From: an uncultured Actinomycetes bacterium
GTDB taxonomy: Bacteria > Actinomycetota > Thermoleophilia > Gaiellales > JAICJC01
Direction of reading: 5' to 3'
Assembly: GCA_963843705.1 (NCBI GenBank)
Contig: CAWJLQ010000011.1
Coordinates: 163,946 to 227,945 of the forward strand
DNA: 64,000 bases
The notes under the pieces were generated by a model that was not told where the DNA came from, did not search any database, and saw only the letters and a program-made list of their open reading frames with translations. This document shows positions 8,135 through 17,204 of this stretch, in pieces (position 1 is the stretch's first letter; each line of letters opens with the position of its first letter). The translations under genes and the position numbers were made by a program.

Positions 8135-9465
8135 GGCTCGGCCGGCTCGACTGGCTGCTCTTGCTGACGCTCTCGGTGCTCACGTTCGAGAAGCTCAGCT
8201 GGTCGACGTCGGTGGCCACGCTGACCTGGACGAACCTGCTCGCAACCGCGTTCGTCGTCGCCTTCGTCGTCGACCGCGCCCGCCGCCGCGACGGCTACCT
8301 GCACCCGGCCGCGATCACGCTGGCCGGCTTCATGGCCGCGTTCGCGGCGGTGTACCTGGCCGGGTACTTCGACCTGACCGACAAGATGGCGCTGCAGTTC
8401 TGGCTGAAGGGGATCGGCGCCTGGGCGATCCACTTCGCGTACCTGACCCTGGGCGTCGCCCATCTCGTCCGCCGCGGGCGCGGCCTCTTCGTGCGCGGGG
8501 TGTACGCATTCACCGCCGGAATGGTCGTGAACTGCGTCTACGGCGTCCTCCAGCTCGGCCTCCAGGTCGCCGCGGGGATCAACCTCGACAGCGTCGTCGT
8601 CGGCCGGCTGACGTCCGGACAGGGCGGCGTCGGCGGCATCAACGTGTACGGCACCGTCTCCGGCTCGCAGCACGTCTACCGCATCAACGCCCTCACGGGC
8701 GACCCCAATCACCTCGGCGTGATGCTGTGCGTGCCGCTCATGCTGCTCCTGCCCTACTACCTGGGCGATCGCCGCGGCCGCCGGCGGGTCGGCCTCGTGC
8801 TGCTCTTCATGTTCGCCGTGCAGGCGCTGACGCTGTCACGCTCCGGCGCGCTCGGCGACATGGCCGGGCTGCTGGTGCTGGTGCCGCAGGTGCGCCGCTT
8901 CCTGCCGCGGCCGCGGACGCTCGCCATCGGCACCGGAGCGATCCTCGCCGTGTCCGCGCTGGTGTACACGTCGTCGCACTTCGTCCGCGCCGTGATCTCG
9001 TCGCGCACGCAGGTCTCCGGCGGCGGCACCCAGACGCACTTCCAGTTCTACCAGCTCGTCCCGCCCGCCCTCGACCCGCATCCGCTGTTCGGGATGGGCT
9101 TCAACACGTTCGCCGTCTTCTACCAGTTCATCACCGGCCGCTCCGACTTCGGGCCGCACAGCGCCTGGATCGCGATCCTGGTCGAGACCGGCCTCGTCGG
9201 CCTCGCGGTGTACCTGGTCTACTTCGGCTACCTGCTCGCGAGCGCGGCCGCGATCCGCCACTCCGCCGATCCGGACATCAGCCGCCTCGGGTACGGCCTG
9301 CTCGCCGCGCTGGTCGCCACGGCGGCCGGCAACGTGTTCTACCTGACGATGACCTTCGACTACTTCTTCGCGGTGGCGCTGCTGGCCGTGGCGGGAGCCG
9401 CGATGTTCGGCCCGGTGCGCACGACGGAGCTCGCGCGCGCCCCGGCAGCGGGGACGGCGCGGTGA
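8131..9465 (+). CDS. O-antigen ligase/polymerase-like (Wzy_C) polytopic membrane protein
   Basis: About 10 or more TM helices, with an ALTLSRSGALG motif. The GTGA overlap at 8131-8134 links it to the upstream GT4. Confidence 0.7.
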   Translation: MRLGRLDWLLLLTLSVLTFEKLSWSTSVATLTWTNLLATAFVVAFVVDRARRRDGYLHPAAITLAGFMAAFAAVYLAGYFDLTDKMALQFWLKGIGAWAIHFAYLTLGVAHLVRRGRGLFVRGVYAFTAGMVVNCVYGVLQLGLQVAAGINLDSVVVGRLTSGQGGVGGINVYGTVSGSQHVYRINALTGDPNHLGVMLCVPLMLLLPYYLGDRRGRRRVGLVLLFMFAVQALTLSRSGALGDMAGLLVLVPQVRRFLPRPRTLAIGTGAILAVSALVYTSSHFVRAVISSRTQVSGGGTQTHFQFYQLVPPALDPHPLFGMGFNTFAVFYQFITGRSDFGPHSAWIAILVETGLVGLAVYLVYFGYLLASAAAIRHSADPDISRLGYGLLAALVATAAGNVFYLTMTFDYFFAVALLAVAGAAMFGPVRTTELARAPAAGTAR

Positions 9466-10607
9466 CCGCTGCGCTCGAGGTGCTCTTCTGGGCGAGCCTG
9501 GCCGCGCTCGTCTGGACGCACCTGCTGTATCCGCTTGCGATCGCCGCCGTGGCGCGCCTGCATCCGCGGCCGGTCGCCGCCGCCGACATCCTGCCCATGG
9601 TCAGCCTGATCGTCCCCGCCTACAACGAGGAGGACGTGATCGGCCCCAAGCTCGAGAACGTCCTCGCGCTCGACTACCCGCACGACCGGCTCGAGATCGT
9701 GGTCACCTCGGACGACTCGTCCGACGGCACGCACGCCGTGGTCGAGGGCTACGCCGATCGGGGCGTGCGCCTGATCCACTGCCCGCGCGGCGGCAAGGTG
9801 GCGGCCCAGGACCGGGCGGTGGCCGAGACCTCCGGCGAGATCGTCGCCTTCGGCGACGCCAACGTCACCTGGGACGCGGACGCCCTGCGCCGGCTCGTGC
9901 GGCCGTTCGCCGACGCCGCGGTGGGCATGGCGTGCGGCAACGTGCGGCTGGTGAACCCGGCCGGCGGCACGAACCAGGAGGGCCTCTACTGGCGCTACGA
10001 GATGTGGCTGCGGCGGAGGGAGTCGCAGGCGCACTCGATCACCGGGTCGAACGGCGCCATCTACGCCGTGCGCAGGGAGGCCTACCGCAACGTCGACCCG
10101 CGCTTCGGCCACGACCTCAGCTTCCCCTACCTGATGGTGCAGAACGGCTACCGAGCGGTGTACGAGCCCTCGGCGCGCGCGACCGAGAGCATGACCACCG
10201 ACATCGAGGACGAGTTCCGGCGCAAGGTGCGGATGTTCGAGCACTGCTGGCTGATCCTCTTCCGCGGGCGCATGTTCGGCCTGCGCCGGCTGGGCCCGGT
10301 GTACTGGATCGAAATCGTGTCGCACCGGCTGCTGCGCTACTGGAGCGGCCCGCTGCACCTGGTGCTGCTCGCGACGAGCGCACTGCTCGCAACCCACGGA
10401 ACGGTCTACGCCGTCGTCCTCGCCGCCCAGCTGGGCGGCCTCGCCCTGGTGGGCCTGTCGATGCTCCTGCGCGGCCGCGTGCGCGTGCTGCGCGTCCTGC
10501 ACTACTACCTGCTCGTCACCCTGGCAACGGTGATCGCGCTGGCCGGCTACCTGCGTCGCGGCGTCCCCGCCACGTGGGACCGCGCGGCCGGCTCGCGGCT
10601 GACGTGA
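9462..10607 (+). CDS. Glycosyltransferase family 2, membrane-bound (processive-synthase-like)
   Basis: Internal GTG at 9462 (GTGA overlap). Motifs VSLIVPAYNEE and TSDDSSDGT, plus C-terminal TM helices. Confidence 0.85.
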   Translation: MTAALEVLFWASLAALVWTHLLYPLAIAAVARLHPRPVAAADILPMVSLIVPAYNEEDVIGPKLENVLALDYPHDRLEIVVTSDDSSDGTHAVVEGYADRGVRLIHCPRGGKVAAQDRAVAETSGEIVAFGDANVTWDADALRRLVRPFADAAVGMACGNVRLVNPAGGTNQEGLYWRYEMWLRRRESQAHSITGSNGAIYAVRREAYRNVDPRFGHDLSFPYLMVQNGYRAVYEPSARATESMTTDIEDEFRRKVRMFEHCWLILFRGRMFGLRRLGPVYWIEIVSHRLLRYWSGPLHLVLLATSALLATHGTVYAVVLAAQLGGLALVGLSMLLRGRVRVLRVLHYYLLVTLATVIALAGYLRRGVPATWDRAAGSRLT

Positions 10608-10634
10608 ATAGCCGGTGCCTGGCACCGGCTATTC
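10606..10634. terminator. Perfect 12-bp-stem hairpin between convergent genes (GAATAGCCGGTG-CCTGG-CACCGGCTATTC)
   Basis: The palindrome overlaps both stop codons (TGA 10605-10607 and TAG 10629-10631). Confidence 0.6.
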
Positions 10635-11777
10635 ACCCAGCAGCTCGCGGTAGACGGCCTCCGTGGCGGCGGCGATGCCGTCCCAGCCCAGCGGACCGCG
10701 GACGGCCTCGGCGCTGCGCTCGGCCAGCCGGGCGCGGAGTTCAGGGTCGGCCAGGATGCGGCCGACGGCGGCGCCGAGCGCCCCGGCGTCGCCCGGCGGG
10801 ACGAGCTCGCCGACGCCGTCGCGACGGTGGAGCTCGCCGAAGCCGCCGACGTCCGACAGGACGAGCGGCGCGCCGAACGCGAGCGCCGCCGCGAGCACGC
10901 CCGAGTTGTCGATGCGGCGGTAGGGCAGCACGACGACGTCCGCCCGGCGCAGCAGCGCCGCCAGCTCCGGGTCGGAGAGGAACCGGGGCAGGAGCACGAC
11001 CCCGGCCTGATCCGTCTCCAGGCCGGCGAGATCCATCATGGGGCGGCCCGCGACGACCAGCGTCGCATCGGGGGCGAGCCCGCGCACGTGCGGCCACGCC
11101 GCGAGCATCACGTCGACCCCCTTGTACGGCCGGATCAGCCCGGGCAGCACGGCCACCGGCCCCGGCGGGTCGACCGGCGGCCGGACGGGCGGCAGGTCGC
11201 GGAGGTAGGCGAAGACCCCGTGGGGGATGACGCGGACGCCGGCCGGATCCACTCCGCACCGCTCGACGAGCGCCGCGCGCCCCCACTCGCTGTGGCAGAT
11301 CACGCGCGGGAACGACCGTGCGGTGGCCGCGACCGAGCGGCGCCGGGCGGCGCCGCCGACGTTCGGCACCGGGTCGTGGGCGGTGAAGACGACGGCCGTC
11401 CCCGATGCGTGCAGGCGCCGGTAGAAGGATCGCTCGACCGGGCGCAGGACGCTCCACTGGACGTGGACGACGTCCGGCCGCTCGCGCGCCAGCGCCCGCC
11501 GCAGCCGGCGCAGGTCGTCCAGATGCTCGACCGCCTTGGCCGTCGGCCGCAGGCGTGCGCCCACGGCGAGCCGGTTCGAGCGCCGGTAGAAGTGCTCGCG
11601 CACGGCGTAGCCCTCGGGCGGCGGGGGGGAGCCGTGCACGAAGGCCGACGTCCACAGCGTCACCCGGTGGCCGCGGCCGGCGAGCGCGCGCGCCAGCTCG
11701 TGGTCGTACGGGCGGGAGTACCCCGACGGGTCGACGAGCGCCACGCGCAGGGGTCCCTTGCCCAAAGCTTCGTTCAA
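10629..11777 (-). CDS. Glycosyltransferase, GT4 family
   Basis: LRVALVDPSGYS N-terminus and a GT-B C-terminal domain. The longest ORF uses TTG at 11777; the true start is uncertain. Confidence 0.75.
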   Translation of the reverse strand: MNEALGKGPLRVALVDPSGYSRPYDHELARALAGRGHRVTLWTSAFVHGSPPPPEGYAVREHFYRRSNRLAVGARLRPTAKAVEHLDDLRRLRRALARERPDVVHVQWSVLRPVERSFYRRLHASGTAVVFTAHDPVPNVGGAARRRSVAATARSFPRVICHSEWGRAALVERCGVDPAGVRVIPHGVFAYLRDLPPVRPPVDPPGPVAVLPGLIRPYKGVDVMLAAWPHVRGLAPDATLVVAGRPMMDLAGLETDQAGVVLLPRFLSDPELAALLRRADVVVLPYRRIDNSGVLAAALAFGAPLVLSDVGGFGELHRRDGVGELVPPGDAGALGAAVGRILADPELRARLAERSAEAVRGPLGWDGIAAATEAVYRELLGE

Positions 11778-11787
11778 TGCCGGTGAC

Positions 11788-11793
11788 TAGACT
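11788..11793 (+). promoter_or_regulatory. -10-like TAGACT, 8 nt upstream of GTG 11802
   Basis: TAnnnT hexamer. Only 24 bp separate the two divergent start codons. Confidence 0.4.
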
Positions 11794-11801
11794 ACCCCTC
11801 C

Positions 11802-12707
11802 GTGTCCCATAGCCCACCCGTACCGCCCGCCGGCGAGGTGCGGGTGAGCGACTACTTCCGGCGTGCCGCCAAGCGGTGGTATGTGATCGTGATCGCCGTC
11901 GTCGCCGCCGTGCTGGTCGTCGTCCTGCACGGCGTGAGCGGCGCGACGAAGCAGTCGACCGCGACGGCCAGCATCTACCTCGGCCAGCCGTTCAGCCCGG
12001 GCGGCTCGTCGGTGCTGAACCAGACGCCGCTTTCGAACACGACCATCTCGATCGACTACGTGACGTCGCCCCAGCAGATCGCGGCGGCCGCGCGCGCGGC
12101 CGGGATCGACCACCACAACCTGCGCAGCCACGTGAGCGTGCTCTCGTCCAGCGGCAGCTCCTCGGCGAAGAACACCGGCAACGCCGGCTCTCCCACGATC
12201 TCGATCACGGTCGAGGGGCCGTGGATGCGGGCGAAGGTGCAGACCGTCGCGAACTCGCTGGCACAGGCGCTGATCGACTACGCCAACCGCTACACCGCCC
12301 AGAAGGCGAAGCTGGTGGCCGCGCGGGTCGCGAACGAGAAGACGCAGCTCGCCGACCTGCAGGAGGTGCAGCGGCGGGCGCACGCCAACCTGGCCGCGAT
12401 CGACGCCTCCAACGAGCCGCCGCTGGCCAAGGTCGCGGCGGAATCGCCGTGGGTGAGCGACCTCTCCACGGCGGCCGAGCAGATCGGCACCCTGACGGTG
12501 AACCTGACGAACGACCAGGTCGCCCAGGTGGCCACCCGTGACATCGAGTCGGCCCAGTTCATCTCCCGCGCGAGCGGGCGCAAGGTGAGCGCCGCCACGC
12601 GGCGCAACTCGCTCGTCATCGCGGCGATGGTGGGGCTCATCCTGGGCACCGCGCTCGCGCTCGCCTGGGAGGCGCTGGCCGCGCGGCCGCGACGCCAACC
12701 GGCATAG
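11802..12707 (+). CDS. Polysaccharide chain-length determinant (Wzz/PCP-like) protein
   Basis: One TM helix at each end, flanking a coiled, Ala/Gln-rich extracytoplasmic region. It lies within the glycan cluster. Confidence 0.55.
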   Translation: MSHSPPVPPAGEVRVSDYFRRAAKRWYVIVIAVVAAVLVVVLHGVSGATKQSTATASIYLGQPFSPGGSSVLNQTPLSNTTISIDYVTSPQQIAAAARAAGIDHHNLRSHVSVLSSSGSSSAKNTGNAGSPTISITVEGPWMRAKVQTVANSLAQALIDYANRYTAQKAKLVAARVANEKTQLADLQEVQRRAHANLAAIDASNEPPLAKVAAESPWVSDLSTAAEQIGTLTVNLTNDQVAQVATRDIESAQFISRASGRKVSAATRRNSLVIAAMVGLILGTALALAWEALAARPRRQPA

Positions 12708-12710
12708 ACT
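12705..12710 (+). promoter_or_regulatory. -10-like TAGACT, 6 nt upstream of ATG 12717
   Basis: TAnnnT hexamer overlapping the Wzz-like stop codon. Confidence 0.35.
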
Positions 12711-12716
12711 CTCCCG

Positions 12717-12980
12717 ATGGCCACGCGCACGTGCCCCGATTGGCCGGAGCTGCTCGACCGCGCACCGGACCTCCACTTCAAGCACTACACCGCCGACGAG
12801 CTGCAGCTCCCGCACGACATCGTGCTCGCGCTCGGGTCCGCGCGGTTGAGCGCGATCGAGGTGTGCGCCGACACCGCCTTCAACGTCTTCAACGCCGCCC
12901 ACACCGATCCGCGTCTGGCCGAGGCGCTGCGGGCGAGCTTCTGGACCGACCTCGACGACTGGCGCGGCAGCGCCGGCTGA
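12717..12980 (+). CDS. Hypothetical small protein (87 aa)
   Basis: High GC3 and a balanced amino-acid composition. I do not recognise a family. Confidence 0.4.
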   Translation: MATRTCPDWPELLDRAPDLHFKHYTADELQLPHDIVLALGSARLSAIEVCADTAFNVFNAAHTDPRLAEALRASFWTDLDDWRGSAG

Positions 12981-13196
12981 GCGCAGGCCGAGGGCGCGGA
13001 TACCGCATCCGGGGGGCGGCGGCCGCCGGCCGGCATGCCGATGCAACGGGCGATGAGCGAGGACGCGCCGCACAGCCCCGAGGTCGAGCCGGTCGACATC
13101 CAGCGCCTGCTGGTGTGGTACTACGAGTGCACCGAGCCGGGCCGGCCGCACATCCGCCGCCGCGGCGTCGACGCCGGACGGCCCGCGGTGCTCGCC

Positions 13197-14048
13197 TCAG
13201 CCGGGGTCTGAGCCGGTGGCGATCGGCACATCCACGAGGTTGCCCCACTCGGTCCACGACCCGTCGTAGTTGCGCACGTCGGGGTAGCCCAGCAGCTCCC
13301 GCAGCACGAACCAGGTGTGGCTCGAGCGCTCGCCGATGCGGCAGTATGCGGTCACGGGCCGGTCGGGGGTGACGCCGTGCTGCTCGTAGAGGCTGCGCAG
13401 CTCGTCCGCCGGCTTGAAGGTGCCGTCGTCGCGCACCGCCTGCGCCCACGGGATCGAGCGGGCGCCGGGGATGTGCCCGCCCCGCTGCGCGCCCTCCTGC
13501 TCGTAGCCCGGCATCGCGATCAGCGCCCCCGTGTACTCCTGCGGGCTGCGCACGTCCACGAGGGCGTGCGCCCCGGCGCGGACGGCGTCGAGCACGGCGT
13601 CGCGGCGCATCCGCAGCGAGCCGTCGAGCGGGGCGGCCGCGTAGACACCCGGCTGCCGGCGGGTCTCGGTCTGGGTGACGTGGCGGCCCTCCTCGATCCA
13701 CTTCTGGCGGCCGCCGTCCAGGATGCGGGCGTCGGCGTGCCCGTAGAGCTTCAGGTACCAGTAGGCGTAGGCGGCGAACCAGTTGTTCTTGTCCCCGTAC
13801 AGCACGACGGTGGTCGAGTTCGAGACGCCCTTCGCCCCCATCAGCCGCTCGAACTCCTCCCGCCCGATCACGTCGCGCACCACCTGCTGCTGCAGCTCGG
13901 CCCGCCAGTGCAGCACCACGGCGCCCGGGATGTGGCCCTCGGCGTAGAGACCGGTGTCCTCGTCCACCTCCGCCAGCACGACGGCCGGGTCGTCCCGGTG
14001 GTCGGCCACCCAGTCGGTCGCGACGAGCACGTCGTTTGCGTAGGTCAT
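13197..14048 (-). CDS. Thiosulfate sulfurtransferase (tandem rhodanese domains)
   Basis: Active-site loop CRIGERSSH and a two-domain rhodanese layout. SD GAGGAGG lies upstream. Confidence 0.85.
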   Translation of the reverse strand: MTYANDVLVATDWVADHRDDPAVVLAEVDEDTGLYAEGHIPGAVVLHWRAELQQQVVRDVIGREEFERLMGAKGVSNSTTVVLYGDKNNWFAAYAYWYLKLYGHADARILDGGRQKWIEEGRHVTQTETRRQPGVYAAAPLDGSLRMRRDAVLDAVRAGAHALVDVRSPQEYTGALIAMPGYEQEGAQRGGHIPGARSIPWAQAVRDDGTFKPADELRSLYEQHGVTPDRPVTAYCRIGERSSHTWFVLRELLGYPDVRNYDGSWTEWGNLVDVPIATGSDPG

Positions 14049-14066
14049 CCGTCCTCCTCGGCGTCT

Positions 14067-14981
14067 CTAGCCCGGCGCGGCCCCGTGGTCGGCGACCAGC
14101 CGCACCCGGCACCACGCCAGGAACGCATCCGTCAGCCGCCGGCGGCTGCGGGTCGCAAGCCGCACCGAGTAGAAGTCTCGCACGGGATCGAGGCCGGCGA
14201 CCTCCGCGATCGCGAGCGTGCCGAGGCGCAGCTCCTTCTCGACGGCCAGGGACGAGAGGAAGCACACTCCATGGCCCGCCTCGACGGCAGACTTGGCGGA
14301 CTCCTGGAGGCCCGCCTCCATCGCCACGTTGAGGTCGCGCAGGCGCACGCCCGCCTGGCGCAGCTCATCCTCGATCACCGAGCGCACGCCGGCGCCCGAC
14401 TGCATCACCACCTGGGGCTCGGAGACCAGCTCCTCGAGCGAGACCGTGCGCCCGGCGAAGCGGTGCCCCGCCGGCACGGCCAGGACGACCCGGTCGCGCA
14501 GGAACGGCTCGAACTCGAGCGCCCGGTGGCTGCGGCGGGCGCCGACGACGCCGAGCTCGAGGTCGCGATCGAGCACGCGGTCGATCACCGCCCCGGTCGC
14601 GTCGACGCGCAGGGTCACCTCGACCCGGGGGTGCGCTGCGCGGAATCCGCCGAGCAGCTGCGGGAGGACGTGCTCGCCCGGCCCCGTGGACGCGCCGACG
14701 ACGAGGTGGCCGTGCGGCTCCCCGGCGTCCTGGGCGAGCTCGTGGGCGAGCTCGTCGCGCAGGGTGAGCATGCGCAGGGCGTAACGGTGCAGCACCTCGC
14801 CGCGGTCGGTGGGTGCGGCCCGGCGGCCGGAGCGGTCGATCAGCGGGGCGCCGAGCATGCGCTCGAGCGTCTGGATCTGCTGGCTGACGGCCGGCTGGGT
14901 GACCCCCAGCGCATCCGCGGCGGCCGAGAAGGAGCCGCGCTCGACGACCTCGACGAACGTCTGCAGCTGGCGCAGATCCAT
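14067..14981 (-). CDS. LysR family transcriptional regulator
   Basis: N-terminal HTH (MDLRQLQTFVEVVERGSFSAAADALGVTQPAVSQQIQ) followed by a LysR substrate-binding domain. Confidence 0.85.
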   Translation of the reverse strand: MDLRQLQTFVEVVERGSFSAAADALGVTQPAVSQQIQTLERMLGAPLIDRSGRRAAPTDRGEVLHRYALRMLTLRDELAHELAQDAGEPHGHLVVGASTGPGEHVLPQLLGGFRAAHPRVEVTLRVDATGAVIDRVLDRDLELGVVGARRSHRALEFEPFLRDRVVLAVPAGHRFAGRTVSLEELVSEPQVVMQSGAGVRSVIEDELRQAGVRLRDLNVAMEAGLQESAKSAVEAGHGVCFLSSLAVEKELRLGTLAIAEVAGLDPVRDFYSVRLATRSRRRLTDAFLAWCRVRLVADHGAAPG

Positions 14982-14987
14982 AGCCGA

Positions 14988-14993
14988 AACTTA
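14988..14993 (-). promoter_or_regulatory. -10-like TAAGTT, 6 nt upstream of the LysR ATG at 14981
   Basis: TAnnnT hexamer at leaderless spacing. Confidence 0.35.
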
Positions 14994-16073
14994 TCAGCTG
15001 CCATAAGGGCGTATGGGGCCAGGCCGCGTCTGGGGCCAGGCCCCGCTGCTCGGATTCCGGCGACGCGGCAGGCCGCTGAGCGCGAGCGCGAGCAGGTGGT
15101 CGGGATCGCGCCGGCGGCGCTCGCCCGCCACGCCGGACTTGCGCTCGAGCACGAGGTCGTCCGCGCGCTCGAGCGGCCGCAGCCGGCCCTCCGCGACCAG
15201 GCGCTCGTCGACGCCGCCCAGCCGGCCGGCGAAGGTCGTGTAGACCGGCGTCCCCAGCACGACCGCCTCACGGTTCATCGTTCCACCCGCGCTGACGACG
15301 AGGTCGGCGCCCGCGATCAGGCTGCCCCCGTCGACGGCGTGCTCCGGCACCACCACCGCCGGCAGCCGCAGGCCGCGGATGCGCTCCCCCTGCTCCGGCG
15401 TGCGCGGCAGGACGACCGCCCGCACGTCGTCGCGATGTCCCAGCCGCTCGAGCACGTCGTCGAAGAGCGGGTTCGCGAACCGGTGGTAGAGCGCGACGTC
15501 GGCGGGCGGGCGCAGCACGACGCCGACGCGGCTGCCGTCGAGGCCGAGCGCGAGCGGCACCGCCGGGTCGGGCTCGAACCCCGCCAGGTAGTACTCCTCC
15601 TTCAGCCCCGGGTAGCGCACGAGCCGCGGCGGCCGGACGCCGTAGCGGCGCAGCCGCGCGGGCGGGATGGCATCGGGGACGAGCACACGCGTTGCCAGAC
15701 GGCAGTTGAGCGAGTGCTGGAGGACGGCGTACTCGTAGTCGAACATCGTCGTATTGGGCACGCGCAGCACCCGGCAGGCCATCGGCAGGTCGGTGGAGCC
15801 GTGCGCGAGCGCGGCGTCGAAGCGCCCGCGGCGGCCAAAGGCCACCATCGCCGCCACGCGGTCGGCCGCCGCCCGCGCCTTGCCGGCGCGCGACGCCCCT
15901 CCGTGGCGGCCGATGACGGTGTGCTCGATGCCGTGCAGGTCGAGCAGCTCCAGCGTCTGCGCGAACGCGCGCGCCGTCACCGACACGTCCCACCCGCGCT
16001 CGCGCAGGCGCCGGACGAGCGGCGCGAAGATGACGACGTGCGGCGAGTTGGTGAGGTCGATCCAGACGCGCAC
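14994..16073 (-). CDS. DUF354 family protein (GT-B/epimerase-like, glycan biosynthesis)
   Basis: N-terminus MRVWIDLTNSPHVVIF...ARAFAQTLELLDLHGIEHTVIGRHGG matches my memory of DUF354. Confidence 0.75.
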   Translation of the reverse strand: MRVWIDLTNSPHVVIFAPLVRRLRERGWDVSVTARAFAQTLELLDLHGIEHTVIGRHGGASRAGKARAAADRVAAMVAFGRRGRFDAALAHGSTDLPMACRVLRVPNTTMFDYEYAVLQHSLNCRLATRVLVPDAIPPARLRRYGVRPPRLVRYPGLKEEYYLAGFEPDPAVPLALGLDGSRVGVVLRPPADVALYHRFANPLFDDVLERLGHRDDVRAVVLPRTPEQGERIRGLRLPAVVVPEHAVDGGSLIAGADLVVSAGGTMNREAVVLGTPVYTTFAGRLGGVDERLVAEGRLRPLERADDLVLERKSGVAGERRRRDPDHLLALALSGLPRRRNPSSGAWPQTRPGPIRPYGS

Positions 16074-16085
16074 GCCGCCGGCCTA

Positions 16086-17195
16086 CTAGGCGGCGGCGAG
16101 CGCCGCGGCCCGCACGGCGGCCACGACCTCGCGCTGGTCCGCCTCGCCGATCGTCGGCGACATCGGCAGCGCCAGCCCCTCGGCGGCCGCCCGCTCGGTC
16201 TCGGGCAGGTCGCCCGCGCGGTAGCCGAGATGCGCGAACACCGGCTGCAGGTGCAGCGGCACGTCGTAGTAGGCGCGGCAGCCGATCCCGGCGGCGGCCA
16301 GGCCGCGGGCGAGCTCGTCGCGGCCCTGCGCGCGCACCACGTAGAGGTGGTAGACGTGCTCGGCGCCCGCCGGCTCGGCGGGCAGCTCCACCAGGTCGCC
16401 CAGGCCGAGCTCGCGGTACCGGGCGGCGGCCGCCCGGCGGGCGGCGTTCCAGCCGGCCACCTCCGGCAGGAAGCGGCGCAGGATCGCGGCCTGGATCTCG
16501 TCCATCCGCGAGTTCGTGCCGACGAGCTCGAAGCGCCGCTTCTCGCGCGAGCCGTGGAACCGCAGCAGGCGCACCTGCTCGGCCAGCTCGGCGCTCGTGG
16601 ACACGACCATGCCGGCGTCCCCCAGCGCGGGGAAGTTCTTGGTGGGGAAGAACGAGAACGTGGCCAGGTCGCCGAAGCTGCCGGCGCCGCGGCCGTCCAC
16701 GGCCGCGCCGAACGCCTGCGCGGCGTCCTCGATCAGCGCGACGCCGTGACGGTCGGCCACCTCCCGCAGCGCCGTGACGTCGGCCGGGAGCCCGTACAGG
16801 TGCACGGCCAGGATCGCGCGCGTGCGCTCCGTGACGGCCGCCTCGGCCGCGGCGGGGTCGAGGTTGAACGTGGCCGCGTCGATGTCGGCGAAGACGGGCG
16901 TCGCGCCGACGCGGGCGATCGCCTCGGCGGTCGCGAAGAACGTGTACGCGGTCGTGATCACCTCGTCGCCGCGGCCGATGCCGAGCGCCTCCAGGCTGAG
17001 CACGAGCGCGTCGGTGCCGTTGGCCACCGCCACCCCGTGGCCCGCGCCGACGGCCGAGGCGACCTCCCCCTCGAGCGCGCGCATGTTCGGGCCGAGGATG
17101 AAGACGCCCGAGTCGATGACGCCGCACACCGCCTGCTTGACCTCGTCGAGCAGGGCGGCGTACTGGCTGCGGATGTCCATCAGGGGGACGGGCAC
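16086..17195 (-). CDS. DegT/DnrJ/EryC1/StrS family sugar aminotransferase
   Basis: Typical N-terminus (PLMDIRSQYAALLDEV...) and family length. Confidence 0.85.
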   Translation of the reverse strand: MPVPLMDIRSQYAALLDEVKQAVCGVIDSGVFILGPNMRALEGEVASAVGAGHGVAVANGTDALVLSLEALGIGRGDEVITTAYTFFATAEAIARVGATPVFADIDAATFNLDPAAAEAAVTERTRAILAVHLYGLPADVTALREVADRHGVALIEDAAQAFGAAVDGRGAGSFGDLATFSFFPTKNFPALGDAGMVVSTSAELAEQVRLLRFHGSREKRRFELVGTNSRMDEIQAAILRRFLPEVAGWNAARRAAAARYRELGLGDLVELPAEPAGAEHVYHLYVVRAQGRDELARGLAAAGIGCRAYYDVPLHLQPVFAHLGYRAGDLPETERAAAEGLALPMSPTIGEADQREVVAAVRAAALAAA

Positions 17196-17204
17196 CCGGC
17201 CATG

